From contig CANQNG010000001.1 of NCBI GenBank assembly GCA_947625155.1, positions 39,148-103,147 of the forward strand: 64,000 nucleotides of DNA, in the 5' to 3' direction. The position numbers and the translations under genes are program-made. The notes below the pieces were generated by a model that saw only the letters and a list, made by a program, of their open reading frames with translations, was not told where the DNA came from and did not search any database. Positions within the stretch are counted from its first letter, which is position 1, and each line of letters begins with the position of its first letter. This stretch comes from an uncultured Clostridia bacterium (GTDB lineage: Bacteria; Bacillota; Clostridia; Oscillospirales; Ruminococcaceae). Positions 1 through 8,725 of the stretch are shown one piece after another.

Positions 1-217
1 ACAGACACAGGGTGTCTTTGTCTATCATGCCGGAACGAAGTTCACAGACAACCAGTTCCTGACCGCAGGCGGCAGGGTACTTGGCGTGACAGCGACTGCA
101 CCTACGCTCCCGGAGGCACTGGAACAGGCTTATGCTGCTGTCAAGACCATCGACTGGGAGCAGGTACACTACCGTCATGACATCGGGCAGCGTGCGCTTG
201 CCGTCAAGCAGGGGTGA
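1..217 (+). CDS. purD: Phosphoribosylamine--glycine ligase, C-terminal fragment (5' end lies outside the window)
   Basis: The frame starting at nt 2 reads ...VFVYHAGTKFTDNQFLTAGGRVLGVTATAPTLPEALEQAYAAVKTIDWEQVHYRHDIGQRALAVKQG*. This matches the conserved PurD C-domain pattern (GGRVLxVTA ... YRxDIGxRA). The stop is TGA at 215-217. Confidence 0.85.
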   Translation, partial: QTQGVFVYHAGTKFTDNQFLTAGGRVLGVTATAPTLPEALEQAYAAVKTIDWEQVHYRHDIGQRALAVKQG

Positions 218-223
218 TGCGGG

Positions 224-847
224 ATGCATCCGAGATTGAAACGCTGCTTCATCTGCGGACAGTATGCTAATATCTGTTTCCTGCTGTTTGCGATGTGTGC
301 CGCTTTGTACTACTGGTCGATCGAACGGAACAATGTGGAGCTTGTTGCGCTGGAAATTGCGGCATACACGGTCGAGACGATCGGCTTTGTGCTGATGTTG
401 TTTTCGCTGCTGAATTTCCACAAGATCGTTCGTCACCGTTACATCATGAAAACGGCAATGCTCATCTACCTGATCGTCGAAGTCGTCATCATGATCATGG
501 ACTTCAATGCCGACAAGCTGTCTTTCTATGAATCCGGCTCTATGGCGCTGAACATTGCGCACTGCATTTTTTCGGGGGCGATCTGCTTTACCTATCTGGC
601 GCTTGAGCCGAAAAACACAGCACTGGAAGTTGCCATCATCCTGTCGGAGGTCATTATCCTTGCGGGGATGTTCGGGGTGATCTTTCATCTGCATGTGTAT
701 ATTTCGCTCTTTGCCAATTCGATCGCCTATGTGGTGTTCTTTTCGATCATGCGGTTTCTGGTCGCACAGGAGCGCATCATGATCGACTGCCACGGCGACC
801 GGGCAAGAGAAGTCAAGTACCGGAGCGATTTCTTTGACGAATTTTAA
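224..847 (+). CDS. Hypothetical multi-pass membrane protein
   Basis: 207-aa ORF with several long hydrophobic segments (ICFLLFAMCAALYYW, IGFVLMLFSLL, AMLIYLIVEVVIMIM, VIILAGMFGVIF, IAYVVFFSIMRFL). I recognise no family motif. Confidence 0.5.
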   Translation: MHPRLKRCFICGQYANICFLLFAMCAALYYWSIERNNVELVALEIAAYTVETIGFVLMLFSLLNFHKIVRHRYIMKTAMLIYLIVEVVIMIMDFNADKLSFYESGSMALNIAHCIFSGAICFTYLALEPKNTALEVAIILSEVIILAGMFGVIFHLHVYISLFANSIAYVVFFSIMRFLVAQERIMIDCHGDRAREVKYRSDFFDEF

Positions 848-876
848 GAAAGTTTACCACGAGAGGAGGGCAGGCT

Positions 877-2739
877 GTGAGTCAAGTCATTTCGTTTTTT
901 GCGGAGGAACGGAATCCCCGTCTGCCCTATCTCAGGGAAAAGACCTCAAAGTTGACGACATCGCCGGGCGTATACTTGATGAAGGACGAAAAGGGCGGCA
1001 TCATTTACATCGGCAAGGCGAAGGATCTGCACAACCGTGTGAGCAGCTATTTCCGGCAGGGGGCTGACCACCTCCCGAAAGTGGAAAAAATGGTCTCGCA
1101 CGTTTATGATTATGATTTCATCGTGACCGGTTCGGAATATGAGGCGCTGCTGCTGGAGTGCAGCCTCATCAAGCAGCATAAGCCGCATTATAATATTCTC
1201 CTCAAGGATGACAAGGGCTACCATTATATCCGTGTTTCCGATGATCCCTATCCCCGTATCACTGCCGAAAAGCAAAAAACAGGCGGCGGTCTGTACATCG
1301 GTCCATATACGGGCGGTTTTGTCGCAAGATCGACTGTCGAGGAAGTGAACACGGTTTTCTGTCTGCCGACCTGCCGGAAAAAATTCCCGCAGATGTTCCG
1401 CAAGGGCAGACCATGCCTGAATTACCACATCCATCGCTGCATGGGGCTGTGTCAGGGAAAGATCTCGCAGGAGCAGTATGCGGATCTGATCGCACAGGCA
1501 GTCGCCTACATCCGCAGCGGCAGTCAGCTTTCGGTGGAACGGATGCAGCAGGAAATGGAAGCCGCTGCCGAGCGTATGGATTTCGAGAAAGCGGCAGTGC
1601 TTCGTGACCGCATCAAGGCGGTACAGCGGGCAGCACAGTCGCAGAAGATCATTGACAATAATTTCCGGGATGCAGATGTGATCGCCTCGGCGGACAATGG
1701 CGATGACCTGTGCATTTCTGTGCTGATGTACCGGGAGGGCAGGCTGTACGATAAGGAGAATTTCCACTTCACAGAGGAGGCGGACGAAGCACCGCTCGAT
1801 GCGTTCGTGCCTCGGTTTTACCATGGGCGGACAGATCTGCCAAAGGTCATTCTTCTCGAAGAACCGCTTGCGGAAATGGAAATGCTTTCGGAAATGCTTT
1901 CCGCACAGGCTGGGCGGAAAGTGAAGCTGACCGTGCCGCAGCGGGGCGGCGGCAGGGAATTGATCCAAATGGCAAAGGAAAATGCTGTGGAATACATTGC
2001 CGTCCACGAAAACCGCACAGGCAGGGAACTGCTGGCGGTGGAGGCGCTCGGTAAAATTCTGGGCATGGAGCATGTGCCGAAATATATCGAAGCCTACGAC
2101 ATCTCCAACCTTGCTTCGGAATCTATGGTGGCAGGTATGGTGGTGTTTGAGAATGGCAGACCTTTGAAGCGGGCTTACAAACGCTTTTCTATCAAGGAAA
2201 GCAGAATGCAGAATGACTATGCCTGTATGCAGGAGGTCATCCGTAGGCGGCTTTCGCATTTGGAGGATGGGACGGATGCAGGCTTTTCTCACAAGCCAGA
2301 TCTGATCTTGCTGGACGGCGGCAAGGGACACGTGAATGCGGTTGCGCCCATTGTAAAGGAAATGGCACCGGATATTGCACTTTTTGGTATGGTCAAGGAC
2401 TCGAAGCACCGCACCCGTGCGATCGCAACAGGCGGCGGGGAGATCAGTGTTTCGGGGACACAGAGCGCATTTCAGCTATTGACACGCATTCAGGATGAAG
2501 TGCATCGCTATTCTGTTGCCTATATGCACAGCAAGCACAAGAAACGGACATTTGCATCCGAACTGACACAGGTAGAGGGCATCGGGGAGAAGCTGGCACA
2601 GAAGCTGATGCTCCATTTCAAGACGAAGGCTGCACTGGAGGCTGCCGACCCGGAGACTTTGCGGGCTGCCGGTATCTCACAGAAAACGGCTGACAGGCTC
2701 TATCGGTTTCTGCACGAGGAGGACGACACATGCGGGTAA
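877..2739 (+). CDS. uvrC: Excinuclease ABC subunit C
   Basis: 620 aa. It has the N-terminal GIY-YIG motif (GVYLMKDEKGGIIYIGKAKDLHNRVSSYF), a UVR-type helix (FEKAAVLRDRIKAV) and a C-terminal HhH region (LTQVEGIGEKLAQKLM). GTG start preceded by GAGGAGG. Confidence 0.95.
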   Translation: MSQVISFFAEERNPRLPYLREKTSKLTTSPGVYLMKDEKGGIIYIGKAKDLHNRVSSYFRQGADHLPKVEKMVSHVYDYDFIVTGSEYEALLLECSLIKQHKPHYNILLKDDKGYHYIRVSDDPYPRITAEKQKTGGGLYIGPYTGGFVARSTVEEVNTVFCLPTCRKKFPQMFRKGRPCLNYHIHRCMGLCQGKISQEQYADLIAQAVAYIRSGSQLSVERMQQEMEAAAERMDFEKAAVLRDRIKAVQRAAQSQKIIDNNFRDADVIASADNGDDLCISVLMYREGRLYDKENFHFTEEADEAPLDAFVPRFYHGRTDLPKVILLEEPLAEMEMLSEMLSAQAGRKVKLTVPQRGGGRELIQMAKENAVEYIAVHENRTGRELLAVEALGKILGMEHVPKYIEAYDISNLASESMVAGMVVFENGRPLKRAYKRFSIKESRMQNDYACMQEVIRRRLSHLEDGTDAGFSHKPDLILLDGGKGHVNAVAPIVKEMAPDIALFGMVKDSKHRTRAIATGGGEISVSGTQSAFQLLTRIQDEVHRYSVAYMHSKHKKRTFASELTQVEGIGEKLAQKLMLHFKTKAALEAADPETLRAAGISQKTADRLYRFLHEEDDTCG

Positions 2740-3284
2740 TTACCGGAGAAGCAAAGGGGATCCATCTCAAAACGCTGGAGGGACTGGATGTGCGCCCGAC
2801 CACAGACCGGGTGAAAGAGGGGATGTTCTCTGCCATTCAGTTTGATCTGTATGGGGCAAGGGTGCTGGATCTGTTCGCAGGGAGCGGACAGCTTGGCATT
2901 GAAGCGATCAGCCGGGGCGCAAGGCAGGCGGTCTTTGTGGATCAGTCGGCTGCGTCCCTGAAAACAGTTCGGGAAAATCTGGAAAAGACGCATTTTTCTG
3001 ACCGTGCCGTGCTGCATCAGACAACGGCAGAGCAGTTTCTCCGGAAAGGGGACGGGGAAAAATTTGATCTCATTTTCCTTGACCCACCCTACAGGATGCA
3101 GATACTGGACAAAATTTTGCCGGATCTGCCCGTTTTACTGCGTCCGGGAGGAAAAATTTTGGCGGAACATGAAAAAAATTACACAATTTCTGAAAAAAAT
3201 TCGCATTTGATGTTGCAAAAAGAATATTTTTATGGTAAAATAGTAGTATCAGTGCTGCGATACACAGGGGAGGCGGAGACATGA
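2730..3284 (+). CDS. rsmD: 16S rRNA (guanine966-N2)-methyltransferase RsmD
   Basis: 184 aa. SAM-binding motif LDLFAGSGQLGIEAISRGA and catalytic DPPY motif. The start overlaps the uvrC 3' end by 10 nt. Confidence 0.85.
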   Translation: MRVITGEAKGIHLKTLEGLDVRPTTDRVKEGMFSAIQFDLYGARVLDLFAGSGQLGIEAISRGARQAVFVDQSAASLKTVRENLEKTHFSDRAVLHQTTAEQFLRKGDGEKFDLIFLDPPYRMQILDKILPDLPVLLRPGGKILAEHEKNYTISEKNSHLMLQKEYFYGKIVVSVLRYTGEAET

Positions 3285-3775
3285 GAAGAATTGCAGTCTG
3301 TCCCGGCAGCTTTGACCCTGTAACGCTTGGGCATCTGGATATTATTACCAGAGCCTCCACGCTCTTTGACAAGGTCATTGTGCTGATCTCTACGAATGCC
3401 TCAAAGAATGCGGCAAGCTTTACTGCAACGGAACGAATGATGATGATCGCGGATGCAACAGCACATCTGGACAATGTGGTCATTGATATTCTGGATGGGC
3501 TGCTTGTCAATTATGTCCGGCGGGTGCAGGCGGTCGCGATCGTCAAGGGGCTGCGGGCTGTCAGTGACTTTGAGTATGAGTTTCAGATGGCACTTACCAA
3601 TAAGGTGCTGTATGAGGGTGCTGAAACGGTATTCCTGACGACCAGCAAGGAAAATATGTACCTCAGCTCCAGTGTGGTCAAACAGGTCGCCTATTTCGGC
3701 GGGGACATCAGTCCCTTTGTACCGGCATGTATCCTGGATACCATCCGGGATCGATTGATAAAGGAGGAACATTGA
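3281..3775 (+). CDS. coaD: Phosphopantetheine adenylyltransferase
   Basis: 164 aa. N-terminal nucleotidyltransferase signature AVCPGSFDPVTLGHLDII and the typical CoaD length. ATGA overlap with rsmD. Confidence 0.93.
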   Translation: MRRIAVCPGSFDPVTLGHLDIITRASTLFDKVIVLISTNASKNAASFTATERMMMIADATAHLDNVVIDILDGLLVNYVRRVQAVAIVKGLRAVSDFEYEFQMALTNKVLYEGAETVFLTTSKENMYLSSSVVKQVAYFGGDISPFVPACILDTIRDRLIKEEH

Positions 3776-4332
3776 TGAGTATTGATGAAATTCTGGATGA
3801 TATGGATGAGCTGCTGGATAAGGCAGGCAGCGTTCCCTTTGCATCCCATAAGTCCATTATAGACGGAGAACGGATGCGGGAGTTGATCAGTGATATTCGC
3901 TTGAATCTGCCGCAGGAGATCAAGCATGCCAAAATGGTCGCTTTTGACCGTGACCGCATCATCAAGGAAGCAGAAGCTAAGGCAGAGCAGATCGTCCGTC
4001 AGGCAGAAGACCGTGCCAAGACGATCGTTTCGCAGGAATCTATTGTACGGGAAGCCAAGAACCGTGCCATTGAGGCAGCAACTCAGGCAAAGGCAGAATG
4101 TGATGCCATGCGGCAGGCTGCCAGTGCAGACGTGGCAAGAGCAAGACAAGACAGTGAAGCGATCAAGCAGGCAACGAATACTTATATGAGCAATCTGTTT
4201 GCGGATGCAGAAAGCTTTTATGCCAACGCCCTCAAGGATGTGCAGGAGCGAAAGGCAAAGCTTGACAAACTCCAGAAACGCAAGCCGGAACGCAAGCCAG
4301 AGAAGCAAGAACAGCAAAAAACAGGATCATAA
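3775..4332 (+). CDS. Coiled-coil protein of unknown function (ATP-synthase b / V-ATPase G-like helical region)
   Basis: The ORF track gives 3727..4332. I trimmed it to the ATG at 3775 because AAGGAGG sits 8 nt upstream and the ATG overlaps the coaD stop. The sequence is rich in A/E/K/R heptad-like repeats (IIKEAEAKAEQIVRQAEDRAKTIV...) with a basic tail. Confidence 0.55.
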   Translation: MSIDEILDDMDELLDKAGSVPFASHKSIIDGERMRELISDIRLNLPQEIKHAKMVAFDRDRIIKEAEAKAEQIVRQAEDRAKTIVSQESIVREAKNRAIEAATQAKAECDAMRQAASADVARARQDSEAIKQATNTYMSNLFADAESFYANALKDVQERKAKLDKLQKRKPERKPEKQEQQKTGS

Positions 4333-4393
4333 CATCCAGTTCATAATAAGTTCATTTTTTTGTGCTATACTAGAAACAATACGAGATGCAAAG

Positions 4394-4431
4394 GAGCGTA
4401 CATTCCCGGAGGGGGAAGTACGCTCTTTTTT
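4394..4431 (+). terminator. Intrinsic terminator after the uvrC-rsmD-coaD-coiled-coil operon
   Basis: Stem GAGCGTAC..TTCCC / GGGAA..GTACGCTC (about 13 bp) followed by TTTTTT. Confidence 0.7.
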
Positions 4432-4450
4432 GACAACAGGAGGTGTCCAT

Positions 4451-4921
4451 ATGGATCAGATCGATCAGAAGCTTATTTCGATCTTACAGGAAAATGCCCG
4501 TATGCCGCTGAAAGCCATTGCCCAGCAGGTCTTTCTGTCAGCGCCGGCAGTGTCTGCCCGCATTGAAAAGCTGGAGGCGCAGGGAATGATCTTAGGCTAC
4601 CATGCGGAGATCAACCAGCAGAAGCTGGGGTATCATATCGTCGCATTCATCAGCCTTGAACTTTCCGCACAGCAAAAGCCGGAATTTTACCCTTTTGTTG
4701 CTGCCTGCCCGAATGTGCTGGAGTGTAATTGTGTGACAGGCGTGTATTCTATGCTCATCAAGGTCGCTTTTGCCAGCACACAGGAGCTTGACCAATTCAT
4801 CGGGCAGCTCCAGCATTTTGGCAATACCTCCACACAGATCGTGTTCTCCACACCTGTCCCGCACCGGGATATCGTCGTACTCCTCAAAGAAGAGGAGGCG
4901 CACACACAGGATCGAGGCTAG
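4451..4921 (+). CDS. Lrp/AsnC family transcriptional regulator
   Basis: Trimmed from ORF 4199..4921 to the ATG at 4451, which follows a GGAGG RBS. The N-terminal HTH (MDQIDQKLISILQENARMPLKAIAQQVFLSAPAVSARIEKLEAQGMI) and the C-terminal RAM-type domain are typical of AsnC/Lrp proteins. Confidence 0.85.
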   Translation: MDQIDQKLISILQENARMPLKAIAQQVFLSAPAVSARIEKLEAQGMILGYHAEINQQKLGYHIVAFISLELSAQQKPEFYPFVAACPNVLECNCVTGVYSMLIKVAFASTQELDQFIGQLQHFGNTSTQIVFSTPVPHRDIVVLLKEEEAHTQDRG

Positions 4922-5188
4922 CAGCTCCATAAACTATCTCCATAAAAGATCCCCCGCCACGGCATGTGATGGGGGATCTGATAAGTTGTACCAAAAACGA
5001 TGACATGCTTTTCAATGATACCGATATGATACGTATACACGACATTCTTATCCAAATCGACCTATGCATATCATACTAGTTTTTTTGATATTTTTGTTGT
5101 TGCTTTTATGATACGTGTAATAAAGCCATTCACTAATATGCTTAAAATACGTTCTTCCAAGTACGCATTTCCAACTATCACACATACG

Positions 5189-5217
5189 TTGACATTTTCC
5201 AGAGTTCCTGTTATAAT
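5189..5217 (+). promoter_or_regulatory. Sigma-A type promoter of the ABC-F gene
   Basis: TTGACA (5189-5194), 17-nt spacer, TATAAT (5212-5217). It lies about 20 nt upstream of the RBS and ATG. Confidence 0.7.
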
Positions 5218-5238
5218 AGAAAGGAGTGAGGTGATCCT

Positions 5239-7146
5239 ATGCTGCTCAGAGCAGACAATATCCATAAAGTATACAACGGCGGACCTCTCCTGACAGGTGT
5301 CAGCCTGCAAATAGAAGATAATGACCGTATTGCCCTAGTCGGTGCAAATGGCTGCGGAAAAACGACCTTCCTGAAAATTTTGCTCGGCGAGGTGCTGCCC
5401 GATCATCTGACAGAGGGAGACGGCAGCATCACACGGGCAGCCAAGACATCCATTGGCTATCTGGCACAGTCAGCAGCACTGGACAGCAGCCTGACCGTGT
5501 GGGAGGAGATGCGTTCCGTGTTTGCCCCTTTACTGGAGGCACAGCAGAAAATACAGGAACTCGAAGCCCGTATGCAGCATGACATGAGCTGTGCAGCGGA
5601 GTATGACCGGCTTTCCGCATGGTTCACGCTGAATGACGGGTATCTGATCGATGTGAAGATCCGAACCGTCCTGCACGGTATGGGTTTCCCGGCGGAAACG
5701 CATCACCGTGTCGTCAGTTCTTTCAGCGGCGGCGAAAAGACCCGCCTTGCGCTTGCGAAGCTCCTGCTGGAAGCCCCGAATCTGCTGATCTTGGACGAAC
5801 CGACCAATCATCTGGATCTGGATACCGTTCAATGGCTGGAGACCTATTTGCAGGGTACACGTGGGGCATTGCTGTTGGTCTCGCATGACCGGTATTTTCT
5901 TCAGAAGCTGTGTACCAGTGTGTGCGAGATCGAACATGGACGGCTGACACGCTACCGGGGCGATCTCAAGTCCTATGTCATCCAGAAAAAAGCTGCACAG
6001 GAACGGCAGGAAAAGGAATACGCCCTACAGCAGAAAGAAATTGCCAGACTAGAGGACTATGTTGCCCGTAACATGGCAAGGGCATCCACCTCCAAAAGTG
6101 CCAAAAGCCGCCAGAAACAGCTTGACAAAATGGAGCGCATCGAAAAGCCCGTTACCTATGAAAAGCGGGCAGCCCTCTCCTTTACCTATGAGACAGAACC
6201 GCCTTTGGAAGTACTCGATGTGCAGGGGGTAGACATTTCGGTCGGTAAGGGTGCAGCCCGGAAAGAACTGCTCTCGGAGGTGAACTTTCTGCTCCGACGG
6301 GGAGAACGTCTCGGCATCATCGGACAGAACGGTATCGGCAAGTCTACGCTGCTCAAGGAGCTGCTTGGCATGCTCCCCCACAAGGGGAAAATACGCTGGG
6401 GAAAGAATGTCAAGATCGCCTACTTCGATCAGGAAGCCGCCGATCTGGATCCTCGCAACACCGTCATGGACGAGCTGCATGACCGTTTTCCGGCAATGCT
6501 CGATGTGGAACTGCGCAGCCTGCTCGGACAGGTGCGCATTACCGGAGAGGACGTGTTCAAGCCAGTCTCCGCCCTCAGCGGCGGCGAACGGGCAAGGGTC
6601 TGCATGGCGCTCCTGATGCTGGAACACGGGAATATCATGCTTCTGGACGAGCCGACCAACCATCTGGACATTGCCATGAAAGAAGTGCTGGAAGAAGCGC
6701 TTTCGGCATACACGGGGACACTGATCTTCGTGTCACATGACCGGTATTTTCTGGACAGGCTTGCGACATGCCTGCTGGAGCTGACTCCGGCAGGAGCCGT
6801 GCTGCACCCCTATGGATTCGGGAAATATCTGGAAATGCGGCAGGCTGCCATGGCAGAACAGCTCCCGGAAAAGCCCTCTCCGAAAACGGAAACAGAAAAG
6901 CCCGCTGCTGCTCGCCGCACCAAGGCACAGCGCAGTGCTGACACACAAAAGCGCCTGAAAATGCGTTCGCTGGAGCAGGAGATCGAGGAGCTGGAGGAGA
7001 GGATCGCCATGCTGGAAGCAGCCGTGCAGCAAGCCGGCAGCGACTACCAGAAGCTGGAGGATCTTTGCAGTGAACTGGAAGCCGCCCGTCAGCGCTCCGA
7101 GGACTGCTTTGCGGAATTGTGTGAACTGGAGGAGACCGGTCGATAA
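5239..7146 (+). CDS. ABC-F family ATPase (two ABC domains, no membrane domain; Uup/YfmR-like with a C-terminal coiled coil)
   Basis: 635 aa. Two Walker A motifs (GANGCGKTT, GQNGIGKST), two signature motifs (FSGGEKTRLALA, LSGGERARVCMA) and a charged C-terminal coiled coil (EIEELEERIAMLEAAV...). Confidence 0.9.
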   Translation: MLLRADNIHKVYNGGPLLTGVSLQIEDNDRIALVGANGCGKTTFLKILLGEVLPDHLTEGDGSITRAAKTSIGYLAQSAALDSSLTVWEEMRSVFAPLLEAQQKIQELEARMQHDMSCAAEYDRLSAWFTLNDGYLIDVKIRTVLHGMGFPAETHHRVVSSFSGGEKTRLALAKLLLEAPNLLILDEPTNHLDLDTVQWLETYLQGTRGALLLVSHDRYFLQKLCTSVCEIEHGRLTRYRGDLKSYVIQKKAAQERQEKEYALQQKEIARLEDYVARNMARASTSKSAKSRQKQLDKMERIEKPVTYEKRAALSFTYETEPPLEVLDVQGVDISVGKGAARKELLSEVNFLLRRGERLGIIGQNGIGKSTLLKELLGMLPHKGKIRWGKNVKIAYFDQEAADLDPRNTVMDELHDRFPAMLDVELRSLLGQVRITGEDVFKPVSALSGGERARVCMALLMLEHGNIMLLDEPTNHLDIAMKEVLEEALSAYTGTLIFVSHDRYFLDRLATCLLELTPAGAVLHPYGFGKYLEMRQAAMAEQLPEKPSPKTETEKPAAARRTKAQRSADTQKRLKMRSLEQEIEELEERIAMLEAAVQQAGSDYQKLEDLCSELEAARQRSEDCFAELCELEETGR

Positions 7147-7160
7147 GGACAGCGTTTTCC

Positions 7161-7189
7161 TTGACAAAATGGCTGGAATGTGGTATAAT
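7161..7189 (+). promoter_or_regulatory. Sigma-A type promoter of the polyamine operon
   Basis: TTGACA (7161-7166), 17-nt spacer ending in TGG (extended -10), TATAAT (7184-7189). Confidence 0.7.
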
Positions 7190-7249
7190 ATCAGTATTCT
7201 TTGTGAATGCGGCAGAAGCTGCGGAAATTTAGCGGAATGGAAGAACACC

Positions 7250-8698
7250 ATGAACATTGAATTACAGAGATCAGCGCCGCTGTATGAGGCGCTGGAGCAT
7301 TTCCGGCGGCAGCGGGTCGTACCGTTTGATGTGCCCGGACATAAGCGGGGACGTGGAAACCCGGAACTTGTACGGCTTTTGGGGGAACAGTGCGTCAGCC
7401 TTGACGTGAATTCCATGAAGCCCCTCGACAATCTCTGCCACCCTGTTTCCGTCATTGCGGAAGCCGAGGAACTGGCAGCGGATGCGTTCGGGGCAGCTCA
7501 TGCGTACTTTATGGTAGGCGGCACGACCTCGTCCGTGCAGAGCATGGTACTCACCGCTTGTAAGGCGGGCGACAAGATCATCATGCCCCGCAATGTCCAC
7601 CGCAGCGCCCTGAATGCCCTTGTGCTGTGCGGCGCTGAACCGGTCTACGTCGATCCGGACGTAGATGCCCATATCGGCATTGCGCTGGGCATGGCGCTTT
7701 CGGACGTGGAGAAAGCGATCATGGCACACCCAGATGCCAAGGCAGTTTTCGTGAATAATCCCACCTATTACGGGATCTGTTCCGACCTCCGGTCGATCGT
7801 GAAGATCGCCCATGCGCATGGGATGCTGGTGCTTGTGGATGAGGCACATGGAACGCATTTGTCCTTTCACGAGGATCTGCCGGCTTCGGCAATGCAGGCA
7901 GGCGCAGATATGGCAGCGATCTCCATGCACAAATCCGGCGGCAGCCTGACACAAAGCTCCCTGCTCCTGCTCAATTCTACCGTGAATACCCGCTATGTAG
8001 AGCAGATCATCAACCTGACACAGACGACCAGCGCTTCTTATCTGCTGTTGTCGAGCCTTGATATTTCCCGCCGGAATTTAGCACTTCGTGGGCATGAGAG
8101 CTTCGCCAAGGTGACAGCGATGGCAGAGTACGCCCGTGAGGAGATCAATTCCATCGGCGGCTACTATGCCTACGGGAAAGATCTTGTGAACGGGCAGAGC
8201 ATTTTCGATTATGACGTGACAAAATTAAGCGTATACACCCGTGACATAGGTTTGACAGGTATCGAGGTCTATGACTTGCTGCGGGATGAGTATGATATAC
8301 AGATCGAATTCGGGGACATTGGCAATATTTTGGCATATATTTCCATTGGCGACCGGATACAGGACATTGAACGGCTCGTGGGGGCGCTGGAGGACATCAA
8401 ACGGCTGTATTCCCGTGAAACGTCCCGTCTGCACAATGCGGAATACATCACACCGATCGTTGCAGCGACACCCCAGAAAGCATTTTATGCGGAGAAAGAG
8501 CTTGTTCCCCTCGCACAGACACCGGGGCGCATCTGCGGAGAATTCGTGATGTGCTACCCGCCGGGCATCCCCATTCTTGCGCCGGGGGAAATGGTGACAG
8601 AGGAGATCGTGGACTATATCCTCTATGCCAAGGAGAAAGGCTGTTCCATGCAGGGGTTCGAGGATATGACGCTGGAACGGCTGAACGTGCTAAAATAG
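7250..8698 (+). CDS. speA: Arginine decarboxylase (Orn/Lys/Arg decarboxylase family, PLP fold type I)
   Basis: Trimmed from ORF 7070..8698 to the ATG at 7250, which lies downstream of the promoter. N-terminus LYEALEHFRRQRVVPFDVPGHKRGRGNPEL, and SMHKSGGSLTQSS contains the PLP-lysine motif typical of Bacillus-type SpeA. The polyamine operon context supports the call. Confidence 0.85.
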   Translation: MNIELQRSAPLYEALEHFRRQRVVPFDVPGHKRGRGNPELVRLLGEQCVSLDVNSMKPLDNLCHPVSVIAEAEELAADAFGAAHAYFMVGGTTSSVQSMVLTACKAGDKIIMPRNVHRSALNALVLCGAEPVYVDPDVDAHIGIALGMALSDVEKAIMAHPDAKAVFVNNPTYYGICSDLRSIVKIAHAHGMLVLVDEAHGTHLSFHEDLPASAMQAGADMAAISMHKSGGSLTQSSLLLLNSTVNTRYVEQIINLTQTTSASYLLLSSLDISRRNLALRGHESFAKVTAMAEYAREEINSIGGYYAYGKDLVNGQSIFDYDVTKLSVYTRDIGLTGIEVYDLLRDEYDIQIEFGDIGNILAYISIGDRIQDIERLVGALEDIKRLYSRETSRLHNAEYITPIVAATPQKAFYAEKELVPLAQTPGRICGEFVMCYPPGIPILAPGEMVTEEIVDYILYAKEKGCSMQGFEDMTLERLNVLK

Positions 8699-8725
8699 GC
8701 GGTTTTAGGAAAGGTAATGTAAGCT

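Noticed and set aside
946-2409. Long antisense ORFs inside well-supported genes. The one at these coordinates is a 487-aa ORF opposite uvrC. Others are 17755..19272 opposite the P-type ATPase, 26183..27232 opposite spoIIIA genes, 14936..15994 opposite leuB/ilvE, 11916..13049 opposite aguA, 34323..36314 opposite dxs, 38874..39866 opposite recN, 40328..41401 opposite the amylase, 61191..62159 opposite whiA, 62728..63867 opposite dnaE, 54246..55145 opposite rpe, and 45237..46067 opposite the dockerin gene.
   Set aside because: The partner strand carries proteins with unmistakable family motifs. The antisense translations are Arg/Ala/Pro/Cys-rich low-information sequences, which is typical of open antisense frames in GC-rich DNA. 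They lack RBS context.
5239-7146. The ABC-F ATPase as an antibiotic-resistance (ARE) ABC-F protein.
   Set aside because: The long C-terminal coiled-coil extension and overall layout resemble housekeeping Uup/YfmR-type ABC-F proteins. I found no attenuator-type leader with a terminator. Sequence inspection alone cannot support a resistance call.
7070-7249. N-terminal ORF extensions upstream of the real starts. The one at these coordinates is upstream of speA. The same pattern occurs at 4199-4450 (lrp), 9546-9599, 12980-13084 (aguB), 20064-20183, 24801-24968 (aroB), 26100-26489 (spoIIIAC), 26986-27063, 28104-28184, 29094-29162, 30217-30255, 32984-33061, 36073-36294, 43630-43821, 52018-52101, 58434-58460 and 60241-60372.
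   Set aside because: The extensions overlap upstream genes, promoters or terminators. They lack homology-like sequence. In each case an internal start codon with a proper Shine-Dalgarno sequence begins the conserved N-terminus.
7195-7249. Three GCGG(A/C)A-containing words in the speA leader (AATGCGGCAGAA, GCTGCGGAAAT, TAGCGGAATGG) as a possible repeated operator.
   Set aside because: The motif is short and degenerate, and the spacing is irregular. It could easily arise by chance, and I cannot tie it to a known regulator.
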